A stretch of DNA of 64,000 bases, from the NCBI RefSeq assembly GCF_964194155.1, contig NC_135890.1, positions 97,278,001 through 97,342,000 of the forward strand, given 5' to 3'. Position numbers and translations under genes: made by a program. A model generated the notes under the pieces. The model saw only the letters and a list, made by a program, of their open reading frames with translations, searched no databases and was not told the DNA's origin. This document shows positions 13,347-24,700 of the stretch, piece by piece; position 1 is the first letter of the stretch; the number at the start of each line of letters is the position of its first letter. Source of the DNA: Cetorhinus maximus. Taxonomy: Eukaryota.

Positions 13347-13999
13347 GCTCCTGATGTACTCCTCCTGCAGGATGAAAGAGAGAGATGCATGGGTTAGCTT
13401 GGGTATACTATGAACTTCTCTTCGTTAAGTCTGAAGGCCCCTTAACGCATCCCGAAGAGTGCTGGCCACTGCTTGGATGGCCAGAGTTTAGTGCGCTGCG
13501 TGGCTGCCTGAAACCCCAACCACCTCCACCTGACCGATTGGTGCCAGCCTTGCCCATTGGATGCATGCTATGCTCTCAGCTCAGGTGCAGGCATTCTCCT
13601 AACCCACACTGCAAGTCTGCACTGTTAGCTTGAACCATGGGGGAAGACTAGTCCAAACTGGAATGATGACATTGCAAGCGGCTGTGAGCGCCTCCACCAG
13701 TGACTGCTCCACGACCAGCTTTAGCAAGGAGATTGTACAACGTGCCTGGTCATTCAACTGTTCTGCAGTCCACTAAAATGCTTAGTTTGTAGTCTGTGCC
13801 CAAGGGTGAAAAGCACTTGGTGGCAGTTTCATGCCTGTGTGTTGCTTGAGTGGTCAGATAAGCTAGAGGCCTGACTCCATGCATGTCAATGTGGCTGCGT
13901 CTGAACTGTCTCAGCTGCAGAGGAATGGTCACTTTCTACAAGGTTTCCCTAATGCATGGCTGCTTCCGTCCCCCAACCCCACACGTGCCTGTGCACTAC

Positions 14000-14335
14000 C
14001 TTCAACCGCAGGGCAGCCCTTGGCTCCACCTGAAAGTCGCCTCAACCACAGGGCAGCCCTTGGCCCCACCCGAAAGTCACCTCAAACACAGGGCAGCTCT
14101 TGGCCCAACCTGAAAGTTGCCTCAACCGCAGGGCAGCCCTTGGCCTCACCCCCAAGTTGCCTCAACCGCAGGGCAGTCCTTGTCCCCAGGCCTCCAACGC
14201 GCCTCAACCGCAGGGCAGCCCTTGTCCCCAGGCCTCCAACGTGCCTCAACCGCAGGGCAGCCCTTGTCCCCAGGCCTCCAACGCGCCTCAACCGCAGGGC
14301 AGCCCTTGTCCCCAGGCCTCAAACGCACCTCAACC
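14000..14335 (+). repeat. Minisatellite inside the Harbinger element: about four 40-bp units then four 42-bp units (core CTCAACCGCAGGGCAGCCCTTG)
   Basis: Core recurs at 14001, 14041, 14081, 14121, 14161, 14203, 14245, 14287 and 14329. Confidence 0.9.
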
Positions 14336-16394
14336 TTCAAGTCCAACAGGCGACCCGGGCGCGCGCTGCACAATGTTACTGTGTACTCGCCTCTGAGTTC
14401 CCCTCGAAGTGCAGCCTGCCAAGTGCACACCTTATATATGGTGTTGTGAAATCATGCTGACGTAGGCAGACATTCCAGCGGTGGTGGGGGGGATGATTTC
14501 GCAGGCTGGCCTTATAATGATATACAGATGTATTACAATGAGGTTCCTGACGTCTGATGGTGGGAAACAGCTGCCATCGACAGACTGAGTGGAGAATCAC
14601 AAAATGGTTTTATGACATCATGAAACCGATTTCTGGCCTTCTCACGATGTTGCCCGTTCACGCTGCCAAGCACGCCTGATGCCAGCGGGCTTGGATAATT
14701 CTGCCCAATGTTTTGATTAAGCTACATTCTCAGGAACATTTACATGCCTTGCAGAATAGAGAACCTACGCTTCCCATTAACATTAAATTCTAGTTGTCAA
14801 GCATGCAGACACTTGTTAAATGATTAATGATTTGTGGAACAACCTATTTGCTATCACTCTTGAGAATCGGGAAGCCACTGGATTTTGTATTTGTAGATGT
14901 AGCAATCTTTCTCGTCTTTTCCTACTGCAACCAGGATACCAAAGGTTTTGCTGTTAAATTGTTCTGTGAACCTCAACTTAGGCCACAGATGGGTGTAGAT
15001 GAACATAGTCCTAGCTGGATTTATATGAATACAGTCCTAGCCTTTTATGAAACTCGTGTATAGTAGCAGCATAACTTATGCATATAGTAGCAATTTAATT
15101 TACCTAATCATGTATCCACTGAATTAGGGTGACTACAAATCTAGGCAACAGTGCTTTCGGATGAGCAAGTATTCCTGATTGGAAAGCGTTTCCATTATGG
15201 CTTATAATTTTTATTTTGATTAATGATCTGCTTCCTGTCTCAATAACTGCTTTTGTTTTAAATTAAATATTGAAAGAGGGATCCTGATCATGCACTGCGG
15301 GAGTCTAGCTTCTACAGAATATTTCCTTTGCTCTTCACCCCATGAGCTACATTTGCGCAAAACAACAGAGTTGCCATTAACTGTTGCATTTAAATGAATA
15401 TCAATTGCTAATTTTAACTGGTAATACCATGGCCACGGCATTTTTCCTGCCTATGGATGTGTGACCTTAGTTTTACATACTTCTTTATGTTGTCTGGCCT
15501 AGATGTGGGTAGCACTTTAGGGATTATCACGCTATTGCTCATTATCCTATATCACCTGCCTGTGTTTTTCATACACCCAAGTGTACAACTTCCTTTTATA
15601 CTCAGCAGATAGGGAAGGGACTACATGCATTACTATTGACCATAATACTCCAAAGACACTAGAGGTCATTTAAACAAGTGATTTTTCATCAAGGATCACA
15701 GTATCAAACAATATGTTGCTTGAAGGGTACTCTTAAAAACGCTACCAGAAACTGAACCACAGTGACAGGGTTTGAATTTGTGCTCGCAATTCCATACACA
15801 GTAACCAATCTCAAACTAGACCATCTCTAATGGGAAGGAATTCATTCACTCTCTTTTAGAGCACGAGGTTTAGTTGCTGCCAAAGCAGTTCTCAAAAACT
15901 CCTGAGCTTATCAGGTCACCGTTAAGTTGGCCGTGACTACCAATTTAGTGGCCTCCAAAAGGCTCAATAAAGCGTCAATTGGTTACCAGCAATACTCATA
16001 GAACATAAGAATCAATGCCTTCCAGTTAACCCCTTTCAAATCAGGCATCTCTTACATACCTCATTATGAATGCTTATCCATCAAAATATTTGTCCCAGAT
16101 TTATCCTTTTTATGAGCTTTATTTATATAATTTTACAGAACGGGAGAGTAATTCAATAACTTTCCTGTCGGCAACAAGTAGTGCCTCACTGAAAAGTCTT
16201 GAAATGTGGGTGAGTAAAAATACATCTTTAAAAAACCTTAATACAAAAGCAAAATGCTGCAGTTGCTAAAAATATGAAATAAAAACAGGAAATGCTTGAA
16301 ATATTCAGCACGTCTGACAGGATCCGTGAAGAGGGGGAAAAATAACGCTACTGGTTATCTCTCAAAAATAAACTTCGTGTTCTTTACACACTAC

Positions 16395-16581
16395 CTGTGT
16401 TTGTGGAGTTGAGGGGTTGCCCCCACCAGCTGGTCTCACTTTAGTTGTCTTACTTAGAGCTTTCTTCTGTTGTAAAGCAATTTTATATTTAGATTCAGCA
16501 TTACGATATTCCTTATCATGAAAGAGAGAATCTGCATGGTAGACAAGTAGCTGATACTTCTGCACTGGTGAGAATAATTCC
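16395..16581 (-). CDS. ANAPC7: ANAPC7 coding exon 2 (187 nt)
   Basis: Acceptor ttctttgctcttAG; ELFSPVQKYQLLVYHADSLFHDKEYRNA...STPQTQ; donor GTAG. Lies inside ORF 16362..16598. Confidence 0.95.
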
Positions 16582-19500
16582 CTAAGAGCAAAGAACAAAC
16601 AAAGCAGAATTAGTGCATCTGTGAAATTACTTGCAATCCTTATACATTTATGAAGATTTTTCTTGTATGGAGGGGAGAATGTTGGTCCCCAAGGTCACAA
16701 CTACTTATAATCACACAAATTTTACAAGATTATTTTATTTTATTATAAATCCAATGCCAACTTTCCTTTTCAGTTCCCTTTAGACCGTAGCTAAATTTGG
16801 AATTACAAGCATTCTTTCCAAAAAGTTTTTCTTTACTCATTCTTGGGATGTGAGCAACACTAATAAAGCCAGTATTTTATTACCTATCCCTAATTTCCCA
16901 TGAGGTGGTGGTGAGCCGCCTTCTAAAATTGCTACAGTACACATGGTCTAAGTACACCCACAATACGCCCTTCCTCATCCTTACAAGTGCACACAATAGT
17001 CCATGGTGCAGGTCCTCCAGAAAATTTTAATATACTTGTTTCACAATTGATAAATTTCAAAAGCTTTTGAGGCAACAGGTGAAGTAAAACAGCAAATGCC
17101 AATCAAGTTACAAGAATAGCAGAAGAGTGTAATGCTGTTTTCTCACATCTTTTTATATTTAACAAAAATAAATTTGAGTTAACTCATATTCAGTATACGA
17201 GCCTGATGATCCATCTGAAAAATGTTTTTCCTTCCCTTCAGTGGTGCCCACTTTCTCTAATCCTCCACCTCCCCCCAACACCTGATCACCTCTCTCAGAA
17301 CTTCTTAAAGCTCTTCGTATATAATGACAAATATCTGTACTTCCCTTTTCTCTTTACAACTGTTTATTGATCAGTTTGATTCAGGTTTCTAGCATGTGCA
17401 GTTTTTCATCTTGTACTATGCTATTCATCTTTTCCCATAAAATGAGAGTGTCATTTGGTAGTATGGAACATGAGTATTGCTGAAAAAAAGAGAAATGTTG
17501 AAGCTTTTCATCTTGCACTCATCTGGACAGTTCACAAGAATACCAACATTAGGGGTTAACAACAATTTATACTGTTTGAGAAGAGAATACCAATTGGTTG
17601 GCAAGTGGACTCTGATTGGTAGAGGCGTTGCCATGGAGAATGCACCAGTGGTGGTGACTGACAGTTAACTGCCAAGCACCATTTGAAATTTAAACCAGGC
17701 AGTTTAACCCTGATTGGTCAAGGCATTCCCTTGAGGAATGAGTCAGTGCATGGATGTTACATATTTTGTTTATCTGAAACAGATGCAATGTGTGTACACG
17801 TTCCTTCTGTCTGCAAAGAACAGGACCCCCAGTGTTAATATATGTAGCTTCCAGTACACGCAAATGTGCCACACTACGAGTCTGACTCTCAATCTTAAAT
17901 TGTTTGTCAACATAATTCTCAGCACACTGAGGATAGCAAATGTTGTCCAATCGCAAAATTACATCTAATGTTGCACACTGTTTTTGAGTTTTGCAAGCAC
18001 AGGCTGGTTGGGTAGTCTGTACCTTGCCTGTTGCGAACAGTGGCTGGGACATGCTGTTTGATACGATCCATCAATCTTTGCGTCAAACAGCCTACATACC
18101 TAGCATCAGACTGGCACTGAAATTCATATACCACATGACCCATTTGTGTGATAGGCAGAACGTTTTTTTGGCTTGATGACAACATCCTGTTAGTGGTGAT
18201 TGCCACTCGTGTTGCTACTGCATAGTAGCAGCATGAAACAGCTAGCTTCACCTGCTGCTCAAATGTTTGAGATACCTGCTCTTCCAGGGTAATCAGAGGT
18301 AGACTGGGCACATTTCAGGGTCGAAAGTGATGGCTTTAGGCCCGTTCATGAGTTTGCTTGTTATTTTCCCCTTATATTGGTATTCTTGCAAAACGTCCTG
18401 ATGAGTGTAAGACAAAAAGCTTCAGTATGTCTCTTTTTTCAGCAATACAATGAAATACATTGAAGTCCAGCAACTAATTTGAGGCAAATGTAGTAGGCAA
18501 TTTGCAGAATCAAAATCCCTAAAACAATGACATTAATAACCTCTTGGGCACTGCTGGTTGAGGAAAGTGTGTTGCCTGGACACCAGAACTCCTCCTGTTC
18601 TCTGAACAAGTTCATAGCACTCTTAACATCCACCTAAATCAATGAAGTGGTAAGTGGGACTCCAGGTTTAATATTTTAGCTGAGGAAAATCCCTCCAATA
18701 AGGAACCACTCCGTGGGTATTAATGTGTCAACAAATTGCTGTAAAAAGCATGTTTAACATAGAAAACATTCCATGGTGCTTTACATGAGGCTGAGAGAAA
18801 ATAAAATAGAGACATCAAGTCATGGTGACAATTAAGATGGTGACTGGCTTTTCAGAAAGATCTTAAAAAGGTAGAAATCTCTGCTACTAAAGGTAAAGAA
18901 AAGCAAGGTTAGGGGGCACAAAAGGCCAAAGTCAGAGAAAGATGTAGAGATAGTCAGGCTAGGTCAGGGAGAAATTTGAAGAAGCAAGCCTATATTCAAT
19001 TGGCAAGTTTAAATTCAATGTGTCAGGGACAAGAAGCCAATGATTTACAGGCTAGATTACATACTCAAGTCTTGGGAGGCCATTTCTGCCATCATGCCTG
19101 CGCCACTGAAGCTCCACGTCAAAGTTATCTGGTTCCATTTTTTGGTCTTTTCTCATAACCTTCAATGGGAACAGGAATAAGCCATTTAGCCCCTCAAACC
19201 TATTCTGCAATTCAATGAGATTATGGCTGATCTACGACCTAACTAAACCCTCTTTGGCTTGGAAAAATCTATCAATTGCAATTTTAAAATTAAATCGATC
19301 GAGCATCAATTGTCATTTGTAGAAGAATTTCAAACTTCTACCATGTTTTACACAAAGAATTTCCTGACATCACTCCGGAAAGGTCTGCCTCTAACTTCTA
19401 CATTATGCCCCTAGATCTAGGCTCTGCAACTAGCAAAAAAATTTCTCCCAAACTGCCCTAGCTATTACCATTACTATCTTGAAAAGTCCAATCAAATTAC

Positions 19501-21195
19501 CCCTTAACCTTCTAAATTCCAGGGAATACAACCCTATTTTTAAAAAATCTCTCCTCATAGCTGGTGGTATCGTTCTAGTAAACCAATATGTTACAAGACC
19601 AATATGTTCTTCCCAAGAGATTGCCCCCAGAACTGCTTATAGTAATCCAGGTAATGGTCTAACCAAGGTTTGGGATAACGGAAGCACGACTTCTACTCCT
19701 TTGTATTCCATTTCTCTGGATATAAAGACCAGTATTTCATCAGCTTTTATGATTATTAATTTTGCGTACAGCTTCACAGAAACTTAAACCCATTCTTAAA
19801 TGTAATATCTCCAAATTTGCAGATGACACAAAGCTGGGTGGGAGGGTGAGCTGTGAGGAGGATGCAGAGATGCTTCAGTGTGATTTGGACAAGCTGAGTG
19901 AGTGGGCAAATGCATGGCAGATGCAGTATAACGTGGATAAATGTGAGGTTATCCATTTTGGTAGCAAAAACAGGAAGGCAGATTATCTGAACGGCTATAA
20001 ATTGAGAGAGGGGAATGTGCAACGAGACCTGGGTGTCCTCGTACACCAGTCGCTGAAGGTAAGCATGCAGGTGCAGCAGGCGGTAAAGAGGGCAAATGGT
20101 ATGTTGGCCTTCATAGCCAGAGGATTCAAGTACAGGAACAGGGATGTCTTGCTGCAATTGTACAAGGCCTTGGTGAGACCACACCTGGAATATTGTGTGC
20201 AGTTTTGGTCTCCTTATCTGAGGAAGGATGTACTTGCTATAGAGGGAGTGCAGTGAAGATTTACCCAACTGATTCCTGAGATGGCGGGACTGACATATGA
20301 GGAGAGATTGAGTCGATTAGGATTATATTCGCTGGAGTTCAGAAGAATGAGGGGGGATCTCATAGAAACCTATAAAATTCTAACAGTACTAGGCAGGGTA
20401 GATGCAGGAAGGATGTTCCCGATGGTGGGGGTGTCCAGAACCAGGGGTCACAGTCTGAGGATATTGGGTAGACCATTTAGGACTGAGATGAGGAGAAATT
20501 TGTTCACCCAGAGAGTGGTGAGCCTGTGAAATTCGTTATCACAGAAAGTAGTTGAGACCAAAACATTGTATGTTTTCAAGGAGGAGTTAGATATGCCTCT
20601 TGGGGTGAAAGGGATCAAAGGGTATGGGGAGAAAGCGGGAGCAGGCTATTGAGTTGGATGATCAGCCATGATCACAATGAATGGCGGAGTAGGCTCGAAG
20701 GGCTGAATGGCCCAATCCTGCACCTAGTTTCTATTCGAATTCAGAGGTGACAATCCTATTGTCATGGCCCTGGCCTGAACACGTAAATGCAATTAAAAAC
20801 TTAAACGGTGTCTTCAATTCACAGTTTAGGCAGTGATACTGGAAGTACCTTTAAACCAGAACCGCTTTTCGCACATTCCCACCATGGGAAGAATTTTTTT
20901 TTAAAAAAAAGAAAACTGGAACAAAACCCGTATTGAAGCCTGAAAACCAACCTTTAATAGGTTGGCTCTTTTGGAAATATGGGCGAAAAAACTGTATTTT
21001 AAAACCAGACCGTGTCAGGGGTGAGGGGGGGAAATTCGGATACACAGAACCAACCAAGAGACAGGAAAACTTGCCAGCAACAACAACCACTTACGGATTA
21101 TTGTCGCTCATGGTCAATAACAGGCTGCTCAGCAGCCTCACATTGGAGTACAGGCCAGCGGCCACCATATCTCGGACATGGTCGATAACGTTCAT
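16395..21195 (-). CDS. ANAPC7: Anaphase-promoting complex subunit 7, 5' part: join(complement 21095..21195, 16395..16581); later exons not found in the window
   Basis: Spliced translation MNVIDHVRDMVAAGLYSNVRLLSSLLLTMSDNNP|ELFSPVQKYQLLVYHADSLFHDKEYRNAESKYKIALQQKKALSKTTKVRPAGGGNPSTPQTQ matches the vertebrate APC7 N-terminus. GT-AG sites are present and the phase is preserved (CC|G = Pro). Confidence 0.96.
17474..18448 (-). mobile_element. Penelope-like element 3' fragment (GIY-YIG endonuclease) bounded by ~90-bp inverted terminal repeats
   Basis: HVVYEFQCQSDARYVGCLTQRLMDRIKQH, AIGQHLL and LRVLEATYI motifs; 17474-17565 is the reverse complement of ~18358-18448. Confidence 0.85.
18455..18730 (-). 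mobile_element. DeuSINE-like (Deu-domain) SINE fragment
   Basis: Minus strand TATTAAACCTGGAGTCCC...GGTGGATGTTAAGAG...GAGTTCTGGTGTCCAGGCAAC...CCTCAACC resembles the Deu core. Confidence 0.5.
19168..19765 (-). mobile_element. CR1 LINE 3' fragment, decayed
   Basis: Reverse complement of the CR1 tail (GGAATAAGCCATTTAGCCCCTCAAACC...). Confidence 0.65.
19797..20735 (+). mobile_element. Young CR1 LINE 3' end (HER1-like), in ANAPC7 intron 1
   Basis: [49 protein letters not shown]; intact 3' tail. Confidence 0.92.
21095..21195 (-). CDS. ANAPC7: ANAPC7 coding exon 1 (101 nt)
   Basis: ATG at 21195-21193; MNVIDHVRDM...MSDNN; donor GTAAGT immediately after 21095. Confidence 0.95.
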
Positions 21196-21691
21196 CTTCT
21201 TCTTCTTCCTCTTCTTCCAGACCAGGTCTCCAGGTGAAGTCGACACCAAACCCTCAGCATCAAAAATGGCGCCGCGGACCTCCCTCCACCCGTGAAGCTG
21301 CTCGCTTACCGCCTGAATTATAATCAGTCACCGCAACGGCGCCGCGTGCTGGTAATTTAAAAAAAATTTTTTTAATAAAAGTAACATATTTAATAATTAA
21401 AATATATAGCCGCGTTTGTTTGCAAGGTTACGGGATTAGAAATTAGGCCCTGGGGCAGTAAAAATCGGGCGCATGGCGGGCAAGCCCTGGCGTTGCTAGG
21501 CGGAAGGCGCATGTGCGGGTTTAGATGCCGGGAAGGGGGCAGCCTGACAGGCCGCGGCCGCAGCCTGAAGCTGGGGGTAGCGAGGGCCCACAAGGCTCGG
21601 AGCGGGTGCTCCTGACCGTCTATCTCACCCACTTGCTTTACGTTTACTACCTGATTTTCATCCTTTACTTGGCTTGATTTGATCTGGAGTA
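21196..21691. promoter_or_regulatory. CpG-island bidirectional promoter and 5' UTRs shared by ANAPC7 and the UBE2G1-like gene
   Basis: Divergent ATGs about 0.5 kb apart; CpG-rich from about 21160 to 22020. YY1-like AAAATGGCG at 21263-21271, ETS-like GCGGAAG at 21500-21506 and NRF1-like GCGCATGTGC at 21507-21516. Confidence 0.75.
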
Positions 21692-21734
21692 ATGACGGAC
21701 CAGTCCGCGCTACTCCTCAGGAAACAGCTGGCAG
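21692..21734 (+). CDS. UBE2G1: UBE2G1-like coding exon 1 (43 nt)
   Basis: ATG ACG GAC CAG TCC...CTG GCA G|gtacgc = [14 protein letters not shown]. Confidence 0.93.
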
Positions 21735-24700
21735 GTACGCGGCGCCGCCCTTGGGAATCTCACTAAAACTTTGCTGCCAGATGTGAGCGCCGGGAGGGTT
21801 GTTGTTGTTGTTGCCTCGGCGCCTCCTCGACCCGTTTCCTTTCTGTCTAGTTTCATTTCGGTCACTGTTTTAACGTATCAAGAAGAAAACATTTTAGACG
21901 TTATTTTATTATTTTTTTCAATTGTGTCGTCGGGCGTTTGTCTCTTTGTCAGTCATTGTTCGGTAACTTTTCCGCCGAGATTTCCTCCCCTCCTCCCCGT
22001 CGCAGCTCTGCCGTTATCATTAATACAGACTGGCTGGCTTGGCTTGGCTTGGCTTGTGGGCAAAGTGTCTGCCCAGAAATATTTGCGGCCACCGGAGCCC
22101 AGTCAGTCGTGTTTTCAATATTGGCAGTTTTTTAAACCAATGTAATAAAAGGCGTCAAAGTCACTATATCAAATACTGAGGTTGTCAATCTGAAGTGATT
22201 GTAAAAGAGAAAGATTATTATGGCGCTCCTCCGACCGTCAGAGACCATTGTGTTTTGTTTTTACTTTCGGCACGTTTAATTTATTGGTATTCACCGTGCG
22301 CGGTTCAACCGGCTGCAGTCATTCCCCCTCCCCGAATTGTTGAATTATTACATTTCCTTTGGTATTCTTTTCACGTCCTATTGTCAGAAGTTAAAATATA
22401 GTTATCCTCTTAGCAGTGAGAGTTGATGGTAAGCATTCGGTCGGCATTAAAATGCTGCAATATACGTCAAGGCATGTTTTCGTTCGATTCCTTCTATTAC
22501 CACGAACTGCAGTGGGTAATATGCTGGAATGGTAAGTAGGAGAGGACAAGTCATGTTTTTGTTATTTTGGAATTATATACGATGCTTGGTTCATCGAGAA
22601 GAGCAAATAATTTATGGGAAAGCAGATCCTGATTAGATTATTTTACATGTGTCTAATAACTAAAGCAAGGATGAGTTTGCAATCCAATTTAACTAAATGA
22701 ATTATAGTTTGATCGTAGAAGAGAAATAATTTTACCCTAGATAATATTTAACATTTTTCTTTCTATTTAGTCTAGTAAGATTATAATTAACCTGTACTCT
22801 AGCTAAACAATGACATGAGATCGACACTATGGCATCTTAGAAATTAATGTTAAAGTTCTATGCAGTTTTTTTCAAGAGACAGAAAAAATAAATGAGACCA
22901 TCATTCTCAAACGGTTGCAGGATTGTCTTTAATGTAAAGGGTAGACCAGCAAGTGGAGCAGTTAGTTTATTGAGTTTTTACTCTGGAAGGAGAAACTGCT
23001 TTCTGTTTAGCTTGTGAAAAATATTGGATAGTAGAAGTTAACACAATTTATTATTATGTAAATTATTTGTGTTTATTACTCATCCTGTTTTGTACCTTTA
23101 TTTACCAGATGATTGAGTTGCAGATTATTTGAATCGGAATGTTCTCCTTCCAATTCAGAGCGCTGATCAAACATGCAAATCCCACTCCAGGCAAGATCAG
23201 TAGTGGTGGTACTGAGCCACACTTGATGATGGACATTGAAGTTCTTTCCATCCAGACTACGTTTTGTCCCCTTGCTACCCTCAGTGCTTTTTCCAAGTAA
23301 CGTTCAACATGGAAGAGTACTGATTCATCAGCTTAGGATAGGTGGTAATCAGCAGGAGGTTTCCTTGCCTATGCTTGACTTGATGCCTTGAAACTTCATG
23401 GGGTACAGATCCCATGTTGTGGACCCCAGCACCACTTCCTCTCTTCCCCCCCACCCCCAACCCCACCCCCCCCCCCCCCAACTATATACAACTGTGATAC
23501 CAACATTACTGGGTCTTTCCTGGCTGTGGTTAAGGACATACCAGTGACGGTGATTGAGGACTCTGGGACATTGGCTGTAAGTTATGATTCCATGAGCATG
23601 ACTATGTCAGACTGTTGCTTGACTGGTTTGTGGGACACCTCTCTCATTTTTGCCCCAGGTCCCCAGAAGTTAGTGAGGAGGTCACCTGGACAGGGTGTAC
23701 CTTTGCTGTTTCTGGTGCCTATGTCAACACTGGATGATTTTTCAGATTTTACTCTTATTCTACCTTTCTGCATCAGTTTTATAACACTGATATATAAATT
23801 GCTGAATTTATACACATATATAAATTGCTGAACCATTTTAAGAGAGCAGTTGAGAGTTGTGAATAAGCCAGACCAGGTCAGGATGGCATATTTCCATCCC
23901 TGAAGAACATTAGTGGACCAGATGGATTTTTTTACAACAAGTCAGTAGTTTGATGATCATTATTCAGACTAGCTTTTTAATCCAGCTTTATTAATTAATT
24001 GAATTTAAATTCCCTCAGCTGTCGTGATGGGATTTGAACTCATGTCCTCAGAATATTACTGTAAGCACCTGGATCATTAGGCCAATAGCATTATCACCAT
24101 GCTCCATCCCCCACTGATTATCCAAATTTTGTTTGAGTTTTGAGTGCCAGGACTCTTTGTTACTTGGGGTACTTTGCATTATGTAGAATATGTTTAGTCT
24201 GTCCTTAGTCAAATGTGAGGAAGAACAGCATAGAAATGATTTTATTTCCATCTCTGGCAAAGTGAAAAACTTATGGCAAAACAAATGCTGCGAGTAGTCA
24301 AATAGGTTTTATGGGTGCAAAGTAGCACTTATTGTTAAAGCAGTGATATATTGACCTCTGTGTATAAAAAAAAAAACTGCATCAGGTGTGAATTTGTAGA
24401 AATATTCTGAGATTTGATTCATCAGTTTTGTTTTCTGTTTGGAGAGAAAAGTATTTTGAATTTCAATTTAAAGCATTCTCCTTCCTCAAAATCACTATTT
24501 TCAAACAATTTTTTGAAACTCCTCAAACTGTAGAGGAAACATTTTGAAAAATGAATGGATTGGTTGGAGACATGCAATGTTGTGCTTCCTAACCAAAAAC
24601 CTGCCAACCATCTATCTTTATCCAGATCTCATTATGTTGGATGAAGATCAGTGTCCTTCCCACTCTAACCCAATGAGAAGTTTGATACTATCCAATACTA

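Larger units (their letters stand above)
9310..14706. mobile_element. PIF/Harbinger DNA transposon, full length (5397 bp) but decayed, downstream of ANAPC7 exon 2 (probably intron 2)
   Basis: Left end GGACGGAATCATCC vs reverse complement of right end GGGCAGAATTATCC (11/14 match); 3-bp TSD AAT at 9307-9309 and 14707-14709; encloses a Myb/SANT gene and a HARBI1-type DDE gene. Confidence 0.9.

Noticed and set aside
13879-14460. 193-aa and overlapping ORFs in the Harbinger as a third cargo gene
   Set aside because: They are open because of the 40/42-bp minisatellite and have no recognisable domain.
1-16394. ANAPC7 exon 3 and later exons (expected ..SEIEVKYKMAECY..)
   Set aside because: No matching minus-strand sequence was found by eye. 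They probably lie left of the window, though a missed exon cannot be excluded without alignment.
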